From: Myxococcota bacterium
GTDB lineage: Bacteria; Myxococcota_A; Polyangia; Nannocystales; Nannocystaceae
Length of the DNA: 64,000 nt
NCBI GenBank assembly: GCA_039028615.1
Contig: JBCCHT010000002.1
Span: 448,001 to 512,000, forward strand
Direction of reading: 5' to 3'
Below the pieces are notes generated by a model. The model did not search any database. It was given only the letters and a program-made list of their open reading frames with translations, and was not told the origin of the DNA. Both the position numbers and the translations under genes were made by a program. How positions within the stretch are numbered: position 1 is the first letter of the stretch; every line of letters starts with the position of its first letter. Positions 28,916-38,827 of this stretch are shown here, one piece after another.

Positions 28916-29857
28916 TCAGCGATGGCGAGTCGCGGCCTCGTACGCGCGCCGCAGGGTCTCGGCGGACGCTTCGAGCCCTTCGCGTTCGATGGCGTCCATG
29001 CTCGGCTCGAGCACTTCCGTGGCTCCGTCCTTACCCACGACCGCGGGCAGAGACAGCGCGACCCCGTCGATCCCACACCCGCCCGACTGCACCCGAGACA
29101 CCGTCAGCACCCGTCGGTCGCCGCGAAGCGCCCAACGGAGCAAGTTCGCCGTGACCAGACCGATCGCGTGGTTGGTGGCTCCCTTACGCCGAATGATGGC
29201 CTGCGCCGCGTCCCGAACCTCCACGCCCGCGTCCCGCTCGTGCTCCGGGGTCCAGCCTTTCCACGCTCGTAGAGGCGCGCCGCCGATATGCGCGCTGGAC
29301 CACAGGACGACCTCCGAGTCCCCGTGCTCTCCGACGACCTGCGCGTGAATCGACCGCGGCTCGAGCGAGAGCGTGCGGCCGAGGACCTGCCGCAGGCGTG
29401 CCGTGTCGAGCATGGTCCCGGTCCCGATGACGCGTTCCGGGGGGAGCCCCGAGGCCTCCGCGGCCACCTGGGTGAGCACGTCCACCGGGTTGGTGACCAT
29501 GACGAGCAGACCGCGAAGCCCGGCGAGGCGACTCGCGATCTCGCGAACCATCCCCACGTTGTCTTGCAGGAGATCCAAGCGCGATTGACCGGGTCGGCCG
29601 CCGCGTCCGGCCGCGATCACGACGGCGTCGAGCTCCCGCATCTCTTCGATCGCCGCCGCCCGCACTCGAGCGGGCGGATAGAACGAAACGCCCTGAGCGA
29701 GGTCGAGCGCTTCACCTTCGGCCAGCCCCTCCTTGGCATCGTGAAGCAGCAGCTCCGACACAAAGCCGGCGTGCAACGTCGAAATTGCGACGCTGCTGCC
29801 GACCCAACCCATCCCGACGATTCCGATTCTCGGCCCCATGACGGGCTCGATCATCAC
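28916..29857 (-). CDS. ldh: L-lactate dehydrogenase
   Basis: GMGWVG, AAGRGGRPGQSRLDLL, VTNPVD, GTGTMLDTARLR, GEHGDS, KGATN. Confidence 0.88.
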   Translation of the reverse strand: MMIEPVMGPRIGIVGMGWVGSSVAISTLHAGFVSELLLHDAKEGLAEGEALDLAQGVSFYPPARVRAAAIEEMRELDAVVIAAGRGGRPGQSRLDLLQDNVGMVREIASRLAGLRGLLVMVTNPVDVLTQVAAEASGLPPERVIGTGTMLDTARLRQVLGRTLSLEPRSIHAQVVGEHGDSEVVLWSSAHIGGAPLRAWKGWTPEHERDAGVEVRDAAQAIIRRKGATNHAIGLVTANLLRWALRGDRRVLTVSRVQSGGCGIDGVALSLPAVVGKDGATEVLEPSMDAIEREGLEASAETLRRAYEAATRHR

Positions 29858-30087
29858 GATGGGTGTAGGCCGTGTCTACGGCCTACCGCTGTGGTTCGGC
29901 CTCGAGTGCCCCGCAAAAATTGCGCCCGATGATCCAGCTCGAGACTCAGCCCATCCAAGGAGCGCGTGCTCGAGTCGCTTCGACGGCCAAATGTTCTGGC
30001 CCGCAGCACGGCACGGACCCTTGCCGGGAGCGCCGATCGATGCGTATCGGGTTGTAGAGTGTCGAGCCCGAATGGTCCACACCGAGC

Positions 30088-30645
30088 TCAGCCTGACTCG
30101 AGCACCTGGGCCTCCAAGGCCGCAAGGGTCTTCTCGCTCCAGGTGCCCGCGTAGATGTTCACCATGAACTGCGGCATTGCACCAAGCGGATCGACGTTGC
30201 ACTCCACATGCGTTCGCGTGCCGCCATCGTCGGGCAGCTCTTCCAGCCTGTAGACGAGGAGGTTCAGCGCAGCGCGGACTCGTCCATCGACCTCAGGCAT
30301 ATCGGCGCGCTCGATCGACTGCAGATCGAGGGTGGCCGACTTCACGGAGCCATCGTCGTGAGTGTCGGTCACCTCCCAGATCCCGCTGATGACGTAGTCC
30401 CGATCCGAGAGCATCGGCATCAGGGTGTAGTGCTGGTACACCACGAACTCGGCTGGCAGGTCCGCGAATGCGAGCTCACCACCCCGCTCGAGTTCTCTCT
30501 CCTCGACGAGTCCACTGACCCACTCTGTCTTCGCGGCGCACTCAAACAGCGCGCGAGCGATGTCCACAAGTGTCGCCTGGATGACCTTGACACCGGAGAC
30601 GTTCTTGAGGGCTGGGCGGGCGGAAGCAAGACGGGCGCGTGGCAT
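30088..30645 (-). CDS. START/SRPBCC lipid-binding domain protein, possibly N-terminally truncated
   Basis: EWVSGL, PMLSDRDYV, GRVRA, VDPLGAMPQFMVN START-like motifs; no clear N-terminal strand or signal peptide. Confidence 0.6.
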   Translation of the reverse strand: MPRARLASARPALKNVSGVKVIQATLVDIARALFECAAKTEWVSGLVEERELERGGELAFADLPAEFVVYQHYTLMPMLSDRDYVISGIWEVTDTHDDGSVKSATLDLQSIERADMPEVDGRVRAALNLLVYRLEELPDDGGTRTHVECNVDPLGAMPQFMVNIYAGTWSEKTLAALEAQVLESG

Positions 30646-30834
30646 GGGACTCCGCTCTTTGACCGAGGGATGCTCCACCTGAGCGTGACGATGGTAGGGA
30701 GGGCCAGGAGACGAGTCAATCGCCGCGACCAAGCCACCGCCCCGGGCTGGCGACCTCGTTCACCCGCGCCTCATTGAGAGGAGTTGCATCGGTTCAGCCT
30801 ACCCAGGACAGAGCGGACCCCCGACCAACCCGCC

Positions 30835-31107
30835 TCAATGCGCGGCATACCACGCCTCGAGCGACACGCAGCGTGCCCGCCCCGTATCCGGCAACTCCGA
30901 TACGGCATGCAGGATCTCCTGCTCCGAGTTCAGCCCATGACCTGCATCGAGACGCGCCGTCTTGTAGGCATCGATGCCCCGCGTCGCCTCGTGGGAACCC
31001 ACGGTCTCGAGTTCGGTGTGGGCGTCGCAGAGGGCGAGGATGGGAGACTCGCCGCAGCCGCTCGCGCCTAGGAGCGCGGCGAGGACAAAGGTGCGCAAGG
31101 AGGACAT
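30835..31107 (-). CDS. Small putative lipoprotein (possibly a remnant)
   Basis: MSSLRTFVLAALLGASGC lipobox. Confidence 0.35.
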   Translation of the reverse strand: MSSLRTFVLAALLGASGCGESPILALCDAHTELETVGSHEATRGIDAYKTARLDAGHGLNSEQEILHAVSELPDTGRARCVSLEAWYAAH

Positions 31108-31372
31108 ATCGACAGAACGTACACGATGCGCTCGGCCTTCCCCGTCCCGTCCCTTTGCTCGGCCGCCAGCTTTCGCTGGTGATTCCATGGCGTTACGTGG
31201 GAGGTCTTGGGACACCAAGCCACCCATCCCGCCTCGCCGCGCGTATCAACGTCGACCAAGCCCTGCCGCTGATGCCCGCAAATGAATGGGCGCGACCTTG
31301 CAACGCAGACCCTACGCCATGGGCTGGCCGGCAGCAGGGCGATGCAGCATCCCCTCGTCGAAATTCTACCGA

Positions 31373-31951
31373 CTACCCGAAGTAATCAGGCGCGTTGCCG
31401 GGCTTCCACTTGATGTTGCACCCGATGCTCGCCGTCTGCTCCGCCACGGGCTTCTTGCCCTCGAGCAATGCAGCCACCGCCGCATTCAAGTCCGCCCCGG
31501 TCACCGGCTGCCCATTGCTCGGCCGGCTCGCATCCAGCTGCCCGCGGTACACTAGCTTCCGCTCCCCATCGAACAAGAAGAAGTCCGGCGTGCACGTAGC
31601 CTGGTACGCCTTGGCGACCTCCTGCGAGGCGTCGACGAGGTAGTCGAAGGTGTAGCCGTTGTTCTCGGCCTCGTCCTTCATGCGGGCGGGGCTGTCGTCG
31701 GGGTAGCCGTCGGCGTCGTTGGAGTTGATGCCGACCATCGCGATGCCGCGCTCGGGCAGCTCGCGACCGAGCTGGGCCAGCATCTCGCGGATGTGGCGGA
31801 CGAAGGGGCAGTGGTTGCACATGAAGACGACGAGCAGGCCCTTGCAGCCGGCGTAGTCGTCGAGGGAGACCTCGCGCCCCGTATAGTCGGGCAGCCGAAA
31901 CGCGGGGGCTTCGGTTCCCAGGGAGATCATTTTCGACGCGGTCATCACCAT
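31373..31951 (-). CDS. Thioredoxin-fold AhpC/TSA family protein
   Basis: FMCNHCPFV, YPDDSP, ATCTPDFF, YRGQLD, SIGCNIKWK. Confidence 0.92.
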   Translation of the reverse strand: MVMTASKMISLGTEAPAFRLPDYTGREVSLDDYAGCKGLLVVFMCNHCPFVRHIREMLAQLGRELPERGIAMVGINSNDADGYPDDSPARMKDEAENNGYTFDYLVDASQEVAKAYQATCTPDFFLFDGERKLVYRGQLDASRPSNGQPVTGADLNAAVAALLEGKKPVAEQTASIGCNIKWKPGNAPDYFG

Positions 31952-32004
31952 GGCGGCGGGAGTATAGGGCATGCCCGCCGGGCCGGTGTCACCCCGGGAA
32001 ACAC

Positions 32005-32784
32005 TCAATCTTCGGGCGCCGTGAAACCAGATGCACGCCCGGCGGCGAGGTCCGAAAGGTCCGCGTAGGGGGTCACACAAGGACGACCATCGGCATGGAA
32101 GAACTCGATCCCATCGGGGTCGGGACACAGGCGCACGAGGGTGGAACAGCGGGTGCCGTAGCCGTGAGCGTCACTGTGCACGCACGGACCCTCGAAGGTG
32201 GGCTCGGCGTGCTCGGACATGAGTGTGTGCCAGGTCGCGCGGTCGGGCTCGGGCCCATCGAGCCGCGGACCGAAACGCTCGACGAGACGACGCCGAATGA
32301 GTCCATCTCGCTGGGTCGGCGCGGCACCTCGGCTGCGTTCGCTCAGCACGTGGATGCCCGGGTCGAGCCGTTCGTGATGATGGGTCGCGCCGTCGTTCCA
32401 CACGAGCTGGACCTGCTGTCGATCGGCGATGAGCAGGTGGAACGGCGCGTGCTGGCTGGGGTCGAGGGCGGCGATGCGACGAGCGGCGGCGTCCACCGTG
32501 CCCGCCGCGAGGGCATCGAGGACGAGCTCACCGCGGGACCGCGGCCCGGGCACGTTGCTGGCTCCGGTGAAGCGGTTGGTGATGCCCACGAACAAGTTCG
32601 CCCCACGGACCCCGAGCCAGGTTCCTCCGGCTCGAAGATCACGCGGGGCGAAGATTTCGGGGTCGTCGCCCCGCGCCCATCGGTGGGGCGCGGCGGCGGG
32701 ACGAGCGAGCTGCTCGTCACGGTTGGCGGCGACCACGAGGGGCGCCGAGTCCCACACGCGGGTGGCGACGACCAGCGTACACAT
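32005..32784 (-). CDS. NRDE/TANGO2 family protein
   Basis: MCTL, AANRDE, AGGTWLG, SRGELV, YGTRCST. Confidence 0.9.
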   Translation of the reverse strand: MCTLVVATRVWDSAPLVVAANRDEQLARPAAAPHRWARGDDPEIFAPRDLRAGGTWLGVRGANLFVGITNRFTGASNVPGPRSRGELVLDALAAGTVDAAARRIAALDPSQHAPFHLLIADRQQVQLVWNDGATHHHERLDPGIHVLSERSRGAAPTQRDGLIRRRLVERFGPRLDGPEPDRATWHTLMSEHAEPTFEGPCVHSDAHGYGTRCSTLVRLCPDPDGIEFFHADGRPCVTPYADLSDLAAGRASGFTAPED

Positions 32785-32791
32785 CGTGACG

Positions 32792-34594
32792 TCAGGTGCT
32801 GGGCGGCGTGGTGCCTCCACCCGCGCTCGGGGGCTTGCCGAGCGAGGTCTTGGGCGCACCGAGGCCGGTGCCCGGGCCCTTGTTGCCACCACTGGCGGCG
32901 GCCGACTTCTGGGCAGCCTCGTAGCGACGCTTGACGATGTCACCGGCGACCTCGCGCGAGCCGAGGCCGAAGGCCAGGGCCATGGCCAGGCACAGCGCAC
33001 CGAAGAGCAGGCCGAAGGTCATGAGCACGAAGTCCTCGGCCACACCGAGCTGGCTCACCGCCATGGTGAAGGCAAAGACCAGGACGACGTAGCGGGCGAA
33101 CTCGGCGATCCAGCGGCCGGTCTCCGTGTCTCCCTGGCGAGAGTGGATGAGGTCGCGGACGTAGCCACCGATGATGAAGCCGACGAGCACCACGGCCAGG
33201 GCCACGGCGACGTTGGTGAGGACGTAGGCCAGCAGGGTGTTGACGTAGACGGACCAGGTGTCGAGGGCCAGGTTGTCCAGCGCCTGCGCGATGGCCAGCA
33301 TGACGACGCCCACCTGGACGGCGAAGGCTACCATCTCGGAGAACTCGCCGAGGCGATCCTCGCGCTCGGAGACCTTGCCGAAGCCGAGACGCTCCATGAG
33401 GCGATCGAAGCCGAGGTTGCGTAGGGTGGTGCCCACCAGGCGGCGCAGCAGGCCACCCACGAAAACTCCGGCGAAGATGATGACGACGGAGACGGCGAGG
33501 ATGGGCAGCAAGTTCCAGAACTTGCCGACCATGTCGGTGAGGGGGCCGGCCAAGGTCGACAGGCCGAGCTCGTTGAGCGCGGCGATGGTGGCCTGCATGA
33601 TCACGAAGACCATGAGCGCCAGGCCGACGACGTCGCTGGGAGCGCTGTCACCGGTGAGCTTGGAGAGGCCGAAGCGCTCCATCAGGCTGTCGAAGCCGAG
33701 GCCCTGGAGGAGCTTGCGGACGACGACGCGGAGGATGCGGCCCGCGGCGTAGCCGACGAACATGATGATCGCGGCGACACCCAGCGAGGGCAGCAGGCCG
33801 ACGATGCGGTCGATGGCGTTGCGCAGCGGCGCGGCCAGGGGCTCGATGTCGAGGGCCTCGAGGGCACCCGCGAGACCGAAGACGATGAGCAACCAGAAGA
33901 TGAGGTTGCCAGCGACGGCCGAGAAGCGACGTGGGCTCTCCGGGTCGTCGTCCTCGGTGGTCTCGGTGAGCTGGGCGAAGCGGGAGTCCACGCCCAGGGT
34001 ATCGAGCGCACGCTCGACGATGATCTTGAGGATCCGACCGGCGACGTAGGCGACGGTGAGGATGAGGGCCGCCTTGGCCACGCGCGGGAACGCCTGGACC
34101 ACGGTGTCGAGCAGGCCCTGCAGCGGCGCGGCCATCTGCTCGAAGCCGGCGAAGCCGAGCACGCCGACGATCACCAGCAACATCAGCAGGATGTAGACGA
34201 CCTTGGCGACGAAGCGCTCGAGGGCTCCGCCCTCACCTTCGGCCCCGCCCTCGACGTCCTTGAGCAGCAGGTTGATGCCGAGGCGCTGCGCGAGCTTGTT
34301 GTCGAGGTCGGTCTTGGTCAGCAGCGTGTAGACGCCGTAGGACACCGACTTGGCGATGACCCAGCCGATGATGAACATCGCCAGGGCGCCGGCGATCTTC
34401 AGGACCGGTCCCGACATGTGCTCCTGCGCCCAGTTCAAGAAGCCGTTGCCTGAACCGGCCGTCTCGGCGACGGCGGGTGGAGCGGCAGCTGCGGGCGCGG
34501 CGAGAGCCGTGTCGGCAAATAGGGCCGCCAACACGAGCAGCGGAATTACGAGGGAAGACAGCGCCACCGGGCGGCGCAACAGAACCTTCATCAT
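32792..34594 (-). CDS. CmpX-like protein with repeated MscS TM_helix units
   Basis: Repeated hydrophobic units (LGFDSLMERFG-type); C-terminal ALAFGLGSREVA. Confidence 0.8.
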   Translation of the reverse strand: MMKVLLRRPVALSSLVIPLLVLAALFADTALAAPAAAAPPAVAETAGSGNGFLNWAQEHMSGPVLKIAGALAMFIIGWVIAKSVSYGVYTLLTKTDLDNKLAQRLGINLLLKDVEGGAEGEGGALERFVAKVVYILLMLLVIVGVLGFAGFEQMAAPLQGLLDTVVQAFPRVAKAALILTVAYVAGRILKIIVERALDTLGVDSRFAQLTETTEDDDPESPRRFSAVAGNLIFWLLIVFGLAGALEALDIEPLAAPLRNAIDRIVGLLPSLGVAAIIMFVGYAAGRILRVVVRKLLQGLGFDSLMERFGLSKLTGDSAPSDVVGLALMVFVIMQATIAALNELGLSTLAGPLTDMVGKFWNLLPILAVSVVIIFAGVFVGGLLRRLVGTTLRNLGFDRLMERLGFGKVSEREDRLGEFSEMVAFAVQVGVVMLAIAQALDNLALDTWSVYVNTLLAYVLTNVAVALAVVLVGFIIGGYVRDLIHSRQGDTETGRWIAEFARYVVLVFAFTMAVSQLGVAEDFVLMTFGLLFGALCLAMALAFGLGSREVAGDIVKRRYEAAQKSAAASGGNKGPGTGLGAPKTSLGKPPSAGGGTTPPST

Positions 34595-35052
34595 GGTGGA
34601 ATGACCCTCCGAAGTTGGATCGGGCGAGGTGCGGTTGTGGGGGGAACGAAGCAAGAGGGAACGAGATGCGGCACCTCAAACACGAGGGCGACACATCATC
34701 GGGGCCGGCTTGTAGCACAGGATGCTCTTCGATAATCGCTGCCTTTTGCCCCAAAGCGGGCCCTTGGCGGCGACTTAGAGCCAAATCCACGGGTCGGGGC
34801 GAGTCGATGCGAGACCGACGGGCGGGCCGATTTGGGTCGGCGAGGGACCGCGACCCCAGTCGGTCGTCGGCGACGACACCCCGTCGTCCACGACCCGACC
34901 CCGGCCTCGGTCATCCACCGACGTCGTCGTCGCGAGCCCGGGCCGCCGAGAGATCGCAACGTCCACGAACGCCGTCCTCGCACCGTCCACGCCCAGTGGA
35001 GACCGCCCCACGCGCGATTCGACGCGGGCCTGCGCTCGCGTTGACCGCGGAT

Positions 35053-35081
35053 TTGACGGTCCCGTAACCGATCCCTATGTT
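35053..35081 (+). promoter_or_regulatory. Sigma70 promoter of the tRNA
   Basis: TTGACG, 17 nt, TATGTT. Confidence 0.65.
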
Positions 35082-35099
35082 CGCCAGCACCGAACTTTC

Positions 35100-35176
<77 letters not shown>

Positions 35177-35201
35177 CCGTTTCGACTCGAGCAAGCTTTC
35201 T

Positions 35202-36002
35202 ATGAACCCGCAGATCACTGCGCTCCATCAGCTCCAAAAGCAGGACCGTCAACTCGGCCGGCTCGAGCGAAAACTCGAGCTCATCCCGCGCCGAATCAAG
35301 GAGTTGGACGAGGACCTCGACAAACTCCGCTTCATGCTCGATGCCGAGCTGGAAAAATGTGAGCAGACGCGCAATTTCCAGCGTTCGCAGGAGCAGCAGC
35401 TCAGCGAAGAAGAAGAGCTCATCCGCCAGAGCAAGGCCCGTCTCAACCAGGTCAAGACCGCGCGCGAACTCAGCGCGACCCAGCGCGAGATCGACACGAC
35501 TCGCCGCCTGGCCACCTCCCGCGCGGAGGAGATCGAAAAGCTCAAGGCCGGCGTGGAAGAGGCGGAAAAGCGCGTGTCCGCGATGAGCGACAGCCTCAAC
35601 GCGCTGCAGAGCCAGGCCGACGAGGAAAAGAACCGCCTCGGCGCCACCGAGCGCAAGATCGACACCAAGCTCGCCAAGCTCCGAAGCAAGCGCACCGGGC
35701 TGACCTCGCAGATCGAGGCCGGCACGCTGGCCACCTACGAGCGCATCCGCCGTAAGGGCGGCGGCCTGGCCTTCGTGGCCGTCCGCGAGCGCCGTTGCTC
35801 GGCCTGCAAGATGGTCGTGCCGCACCAGATCTACGTGCACCTGCGCAAGGGCGACGACATCCAGGCCTGCGAGTCCTGTGGTCGCCTGCTCTACTGGGGC
35901 GCCCACTTCCCCGAGGACGAGGAGACCGGCGTCAAAAAGAAGAAGGGCGAGGTCGCCCCCAAGGCCGCCCCGCCGCAGGTCCGCGGCGTGAAGAAGGTCT
36001 AG
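35202..36002 (+). CDS. Coiled-coil C4 zinc-ribbon protein (DUF164/CT398 family)
   Basis: LQKQD, long coiled coil, YERIR, CSAC...CESCGRLLY. Confidence 0.88.
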   Translation: MNPQITALHQLQKQDRQLGRLERKLELIPRRIKELDEDLDKLRFMLDAELEKCEQTRNFQRSQEQQLSEEEELIRQSKARLNQVKTARELSATQREIDTTRRLATSRAEEIEKLKAGVEEAEKRVSAMSDSLNALQSQADEEKNRLGATERKIDTKLAKLRSKRTGLTSQIEAGTLATYERIRRKGGGLAFVAVRERRCSACKMVVPHQIYVHLRKGDDIQACESCGRLLYWGAHFPEDEETGVKKKKGEVAPKAAPPQVRGVKKV

Positions 36003-36025
36003 ACCGCCCTCCCCTCGCGGCTTCG

Positions 36026-36065
36026 AAAAAACGACGCCCCGCACTGCTGCGGGGCGTTCGTCGTT
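36026..36065 (-). terminator. Intrinsic terminator between convergent genes
   Basis: ACGCCCCGCA/TGCGGGGCGT stem; U tract on the minus strand. Confidence 0.7.
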
Positions 36066-36077
36066 GGAGACGCACCC

Positions 36078-37391
36078 TCAGGCGAAGCGAGCCGCGCGGC
36101 GACGAGCGCTCTCGCGGAGGTTGAGCTTCACCAGCACGTCCTTGCCCAGACCCAGCTCGGCGAGATCCTCGGCGGTCAGGTCGACCAGGCGCTTGCCGTC
36201 GGCCCGCTGCTGCACGACCAGCCGCCCGACGACGCCGTAGGCCTCGCGGAAGGCCATGCCGCCCACGACCAGGGCCTCGCATAGGTCGGTGGCGATCGCG
36301 TCGCCCTTGGCCAGCGCGGCCAGGCAGGGCTCCTCGAGGGGCTCGAACTCCCGCAGCGCCAGCGCGGTCATGCGCAGCACGTCGAGCGTGCCGTCCACGG
36401 CGCGGAAGATGATCTCTTTGTCTTGCTGAAGGTCGCGGTGATAGCCGCTGCCCAGGCCGTGGAAGGTGCCCATCAGCGCGACCAGTTCGCCGCGCCGCAT
36501 CGCCGCCTGGCCACGAAGCAGCTCGAACAGGTCGGGGTTGCGCTTGTGCGGCATCATCGAGGACCCGCCCGCGATCGCCCCGCCGAGCCGGATGAGCCCG
36601 TCGGAGGAGAGCTCGATGACGTCGGTGGAGAGCCGGGCCACGTGCAGCCCGAGCCGCGCGCACACGAACAGCAAGGTCAGCGCGTGGTCGCGCTCGCCCA
36701 CCGCATCGATGGGGTTGCGCGGGCCACCGCCGAAGCCGAGCGCGTCGGCGGTCACCGAGGTGTCGATGGGCAGCGTGGTGCCGCCGATGGCCCCCGCGCC
36801 GAGCGGGGACGCGGCCAGCTCGTCGCGCACGGCCGACAAAAGCGCTCGGTCGCGCTCGAGACCTTCGATGAGCGCGCCCTGCATCCACACGCGTCCCATG
36901 ACCGGGATCGCCACCTGGCGATGCGTGTAGCTGGGCATGGGCACCTCGCCGAAGCGCTCGCCCCAGGCCCGGGCGGCGTCGAGCACCGTGCCGATCGCGG
37001 CGTCGATCTGCGCCACCGCGTCGCGGCACCACAGCTTGAGATCGGTCGCGACCTGGTCGTTGCGGCTGCGTCCGGTGTGCAGCTTGCCCGCCACCTCGCC
37101 GACAGCGTCGTTGAGCCAGGCCTCGATGGCCATGTGGACGTCTTCTTCGTCCTCGCGGAGCGTCACTTCTCCGCTGGCGACCTTGCCCGGCAGCGACTCC
37201 AGGGCCTCGGTCAGGGTCTTGGCCTCGTCGGCGGTGAGCAGGCCGGCCGCCAACAGGCCGCGCACATGGGCCACGCTCCCTCGGCAGTCGACCTCGAGCA
37301 GTCGACAGTCGACGGGCAGCGAGGTGGACCAGCGCAGGAAATCGGGATCGAGATCACCACCGGTCGCGGCGGTACGGGCGATGGACGACAT
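36078..37391 (-). CDS. argH: Argininosuccinate lyase
   Basis: EDVHMAIE, KLHTGRSRNDQVATD, MPSYTH, SPLGAGA, GSSMMPHKRNPD. Confidence 0.9.
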   Translation of the reverse strand: MSSIARTAATGGDLDPDFLRWSTSLPVDCRLLEVDCRGSVAHVRGLLAAGLLTADEAKTLTEALESLPGKVASGEVTLREDEEDVHMAIEAWLNDAVGEVAGKLHTGRSRNDQVATDLKLWCRDAVAQIDAAIGTVLDAARAWGERFGEVPMPSYTHRQVAIPVMGRVWMQGALIEGLERDRALLSAVRDELAASPLGAGAIGGTTLPIDTSVTADALGFGGGPRNPIDAVGERDHALTLLFVCARLGLHVARLSTDVIELSSDGLIRLGGAIAGGSSMMPHKRNPDLFELLRGQAAMRRGELVALMGTFHGLGSGYHRDLQQDKEIIFRAVDGTLDVLRMTALALREFEPLEEPCLAALAKGDAIATDLCEALVVGGMAFREAYGVVGRLVVQQRADGKRLVDLTAEDLAELGLGKDVLVKLNLRESARRRAARFA

Positions 37392-37399
37392 GACCGACC

Positions 37400-37714
37400 C
37401 TATACGCCCGTGAAGTCGAAGTAGTCACGCAGGTTCTTGAGCGCGGCCGGGTCGTTGGTCTTGACCTTGCCCCGCGCGATGTCGATGGGCCCGGGCAGCT
37501 TGCCCTTGATCACCATCTTCTCGAACAGCGCGGCGGTCGTCTTGAGGACGACGTCGGCGTTGTCGACCTTGCGGTTGGGCTCGACTTTGACTTCTTCGGG
37601 GCTGATCGTGACCGTGTAGCGGAGCTTGTCGATCGAGAAGTAGAAGACGGTCGTCTTGGATGCTTTGCCCTTGATGTAGCGCTTGGGCATTTCCTCGAAG
37701 ATTTGGGCGATCAT
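37400..37714 (-). CDS. SCP2 (sterol carrier/lipid-binding) domain protein
   Basis: FEEMPKRY, ADVVLKT...FEKMVI.GKL...GKVK pattern. Confidence 0.65.
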   Translation of the reverse strand: MIAQIFEEMPKRYIKGKASKTTVFYFSIDKLRYTVTISPEEVKVEPNRKVDNADVVLKTTAALFEKMVIKGKLPGPIDIARGKVKTNDPAALKNLRDYFDFTGV

Positions 37715-37907
37715 GCGGCCGGGACGCTAGCAGGAACGCCGCCGCGCCTGCCGCGCGATGCTCGCTCCTTTGTGTAGGTCTCTGTAAGTGTGTCGAAAAC
37801 CGCAGCGAATTGCATGGAGCTGGCGGTACCCTCGTCCAAGGCCTCGACCCTCCCCGGCCCGCTCCACCGCCAGGACCCTTTTCTTCGATCGTTTTCAGGT
37901 AATCGGC

Positions 37908-38747
37908 ATGCGCACGTCTCTCAAGTTCTTGCTCCCCTCCCTCGCCTTCATGGCGCCCCTGGCCTACGCGGGCTCGGCCCAGGCCGATCTCGGTGCCTGC
38001 GGCAACATCCACGTCGAGGCCAGCGCCGAGTGCGAAGTCCTCGTGGGCGCCGAATGCGAGGTCGCCTGTGAGCCGGTCGCATTCGAGGCCCAGTGTGCCG
38101 CCGACCTTTACGTGGGCTGCGAGGGACAGTGCAACGCCGAGATCAACGCGGGCTGCTCCGGCACCTGCGAGGCCGACTGCAACGTCGAGTGCGAGGTCGA
38201 CCCGGGCCGCTTCGACTGCCGCGCCAACTGCTTCGCCGACGGACGGGCGGACTGCCAGGCCCGCTGTGCCGACAGCGAGTGCCACGCGTCGTGCGAGGCC
38301 ACCCTCGAGGCCCAGTGCTCGGCCTCCTGCAACATCGAGCTCCCCGAGGCCGACTGCTCCGGTCGCTGCGAGGCCAGCTGCGAGGGCTACTGCCAGGCCG
38401 AGGCCAACATCGACTGCCAGGTCGAGTGCCAGGCCGGCGGCTACATCGACTGCCAGTCGCGACTGAGCGGCGGGTGCGTGGCCGAGTGTGATGTCGACGG
38501 GGCCCTGTTCTGCGACCAGCAGTACATCGACCACGGCGGCAACCTGCAGGAGTGCATCGACTCCCTGCGAGCGCTGCTCGACATCGAGGTCACCGGTGAG
38601 GCCAGCGGCAGCTGCAGCGGCAACACCTGCGAGGGCTCGGCCAGCGGCTCCATCTCCTGCAACATCGGCGAGGGCTCGACCGTGCCGCTGGGCGGGATGA
38701 TCCTGCTGATGCTCGGCATCGGCGGCGCCATGCGACGCCGCTTCTAG
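37908..38747 (+). CDS. Secreted Cys-rich repeat protein with MYXO-CTERM-like tail
   Basis: Signal peptide (AQA), about 33 Cys in CxxxC spacing, terminal C-linker-TM-RRR. Confidence 0.8.
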   Translation: MRTSLKFLLPSLAFMAPLAYAGSAQADLGACGNIHVEASAECEVLVGAECEVACEPVAFEAQCAADLYVGCEGQCNAEINAGCSGTCEADCNVECEVDPGRFDCRANCFADGRADCQARCADSECHASCEATLEAQCSASCNIELPEADCSGRCEASCEGYCQAEANIDCQVECQAGGYIDCQSRLSGGCVAECDVDGALFCDQQYIDHGGNLQECIDSLRALLDIEVTGEASGSCSGNTCEGSASGSISCNIGEGSTVPLGGMILLMLGIGGAMRRRF

Positions 38748-38768
38748 CCCCCCTCCGCCCGGAGGAAC

Positions 38769-38810
38769 AAAAAGACGCCACCCGCGATCACTCGGGGTGG
38801 CGTCTTTTTT
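38769..38810. terminator. Bidirectional intrinsic terminator
   Basis: AAAAAGACGCCACCC...GGGTGGCGTCTTTTTT. Confidence 0.85.
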
Positions 38811-38827
38811 CGTGCCTGGCGTTGCCG

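Noticed and set aside
30010..30024. GGCAC...TTGC sigma54-like site
   Set aside because: Spacing is one base too long and it points away from ldh
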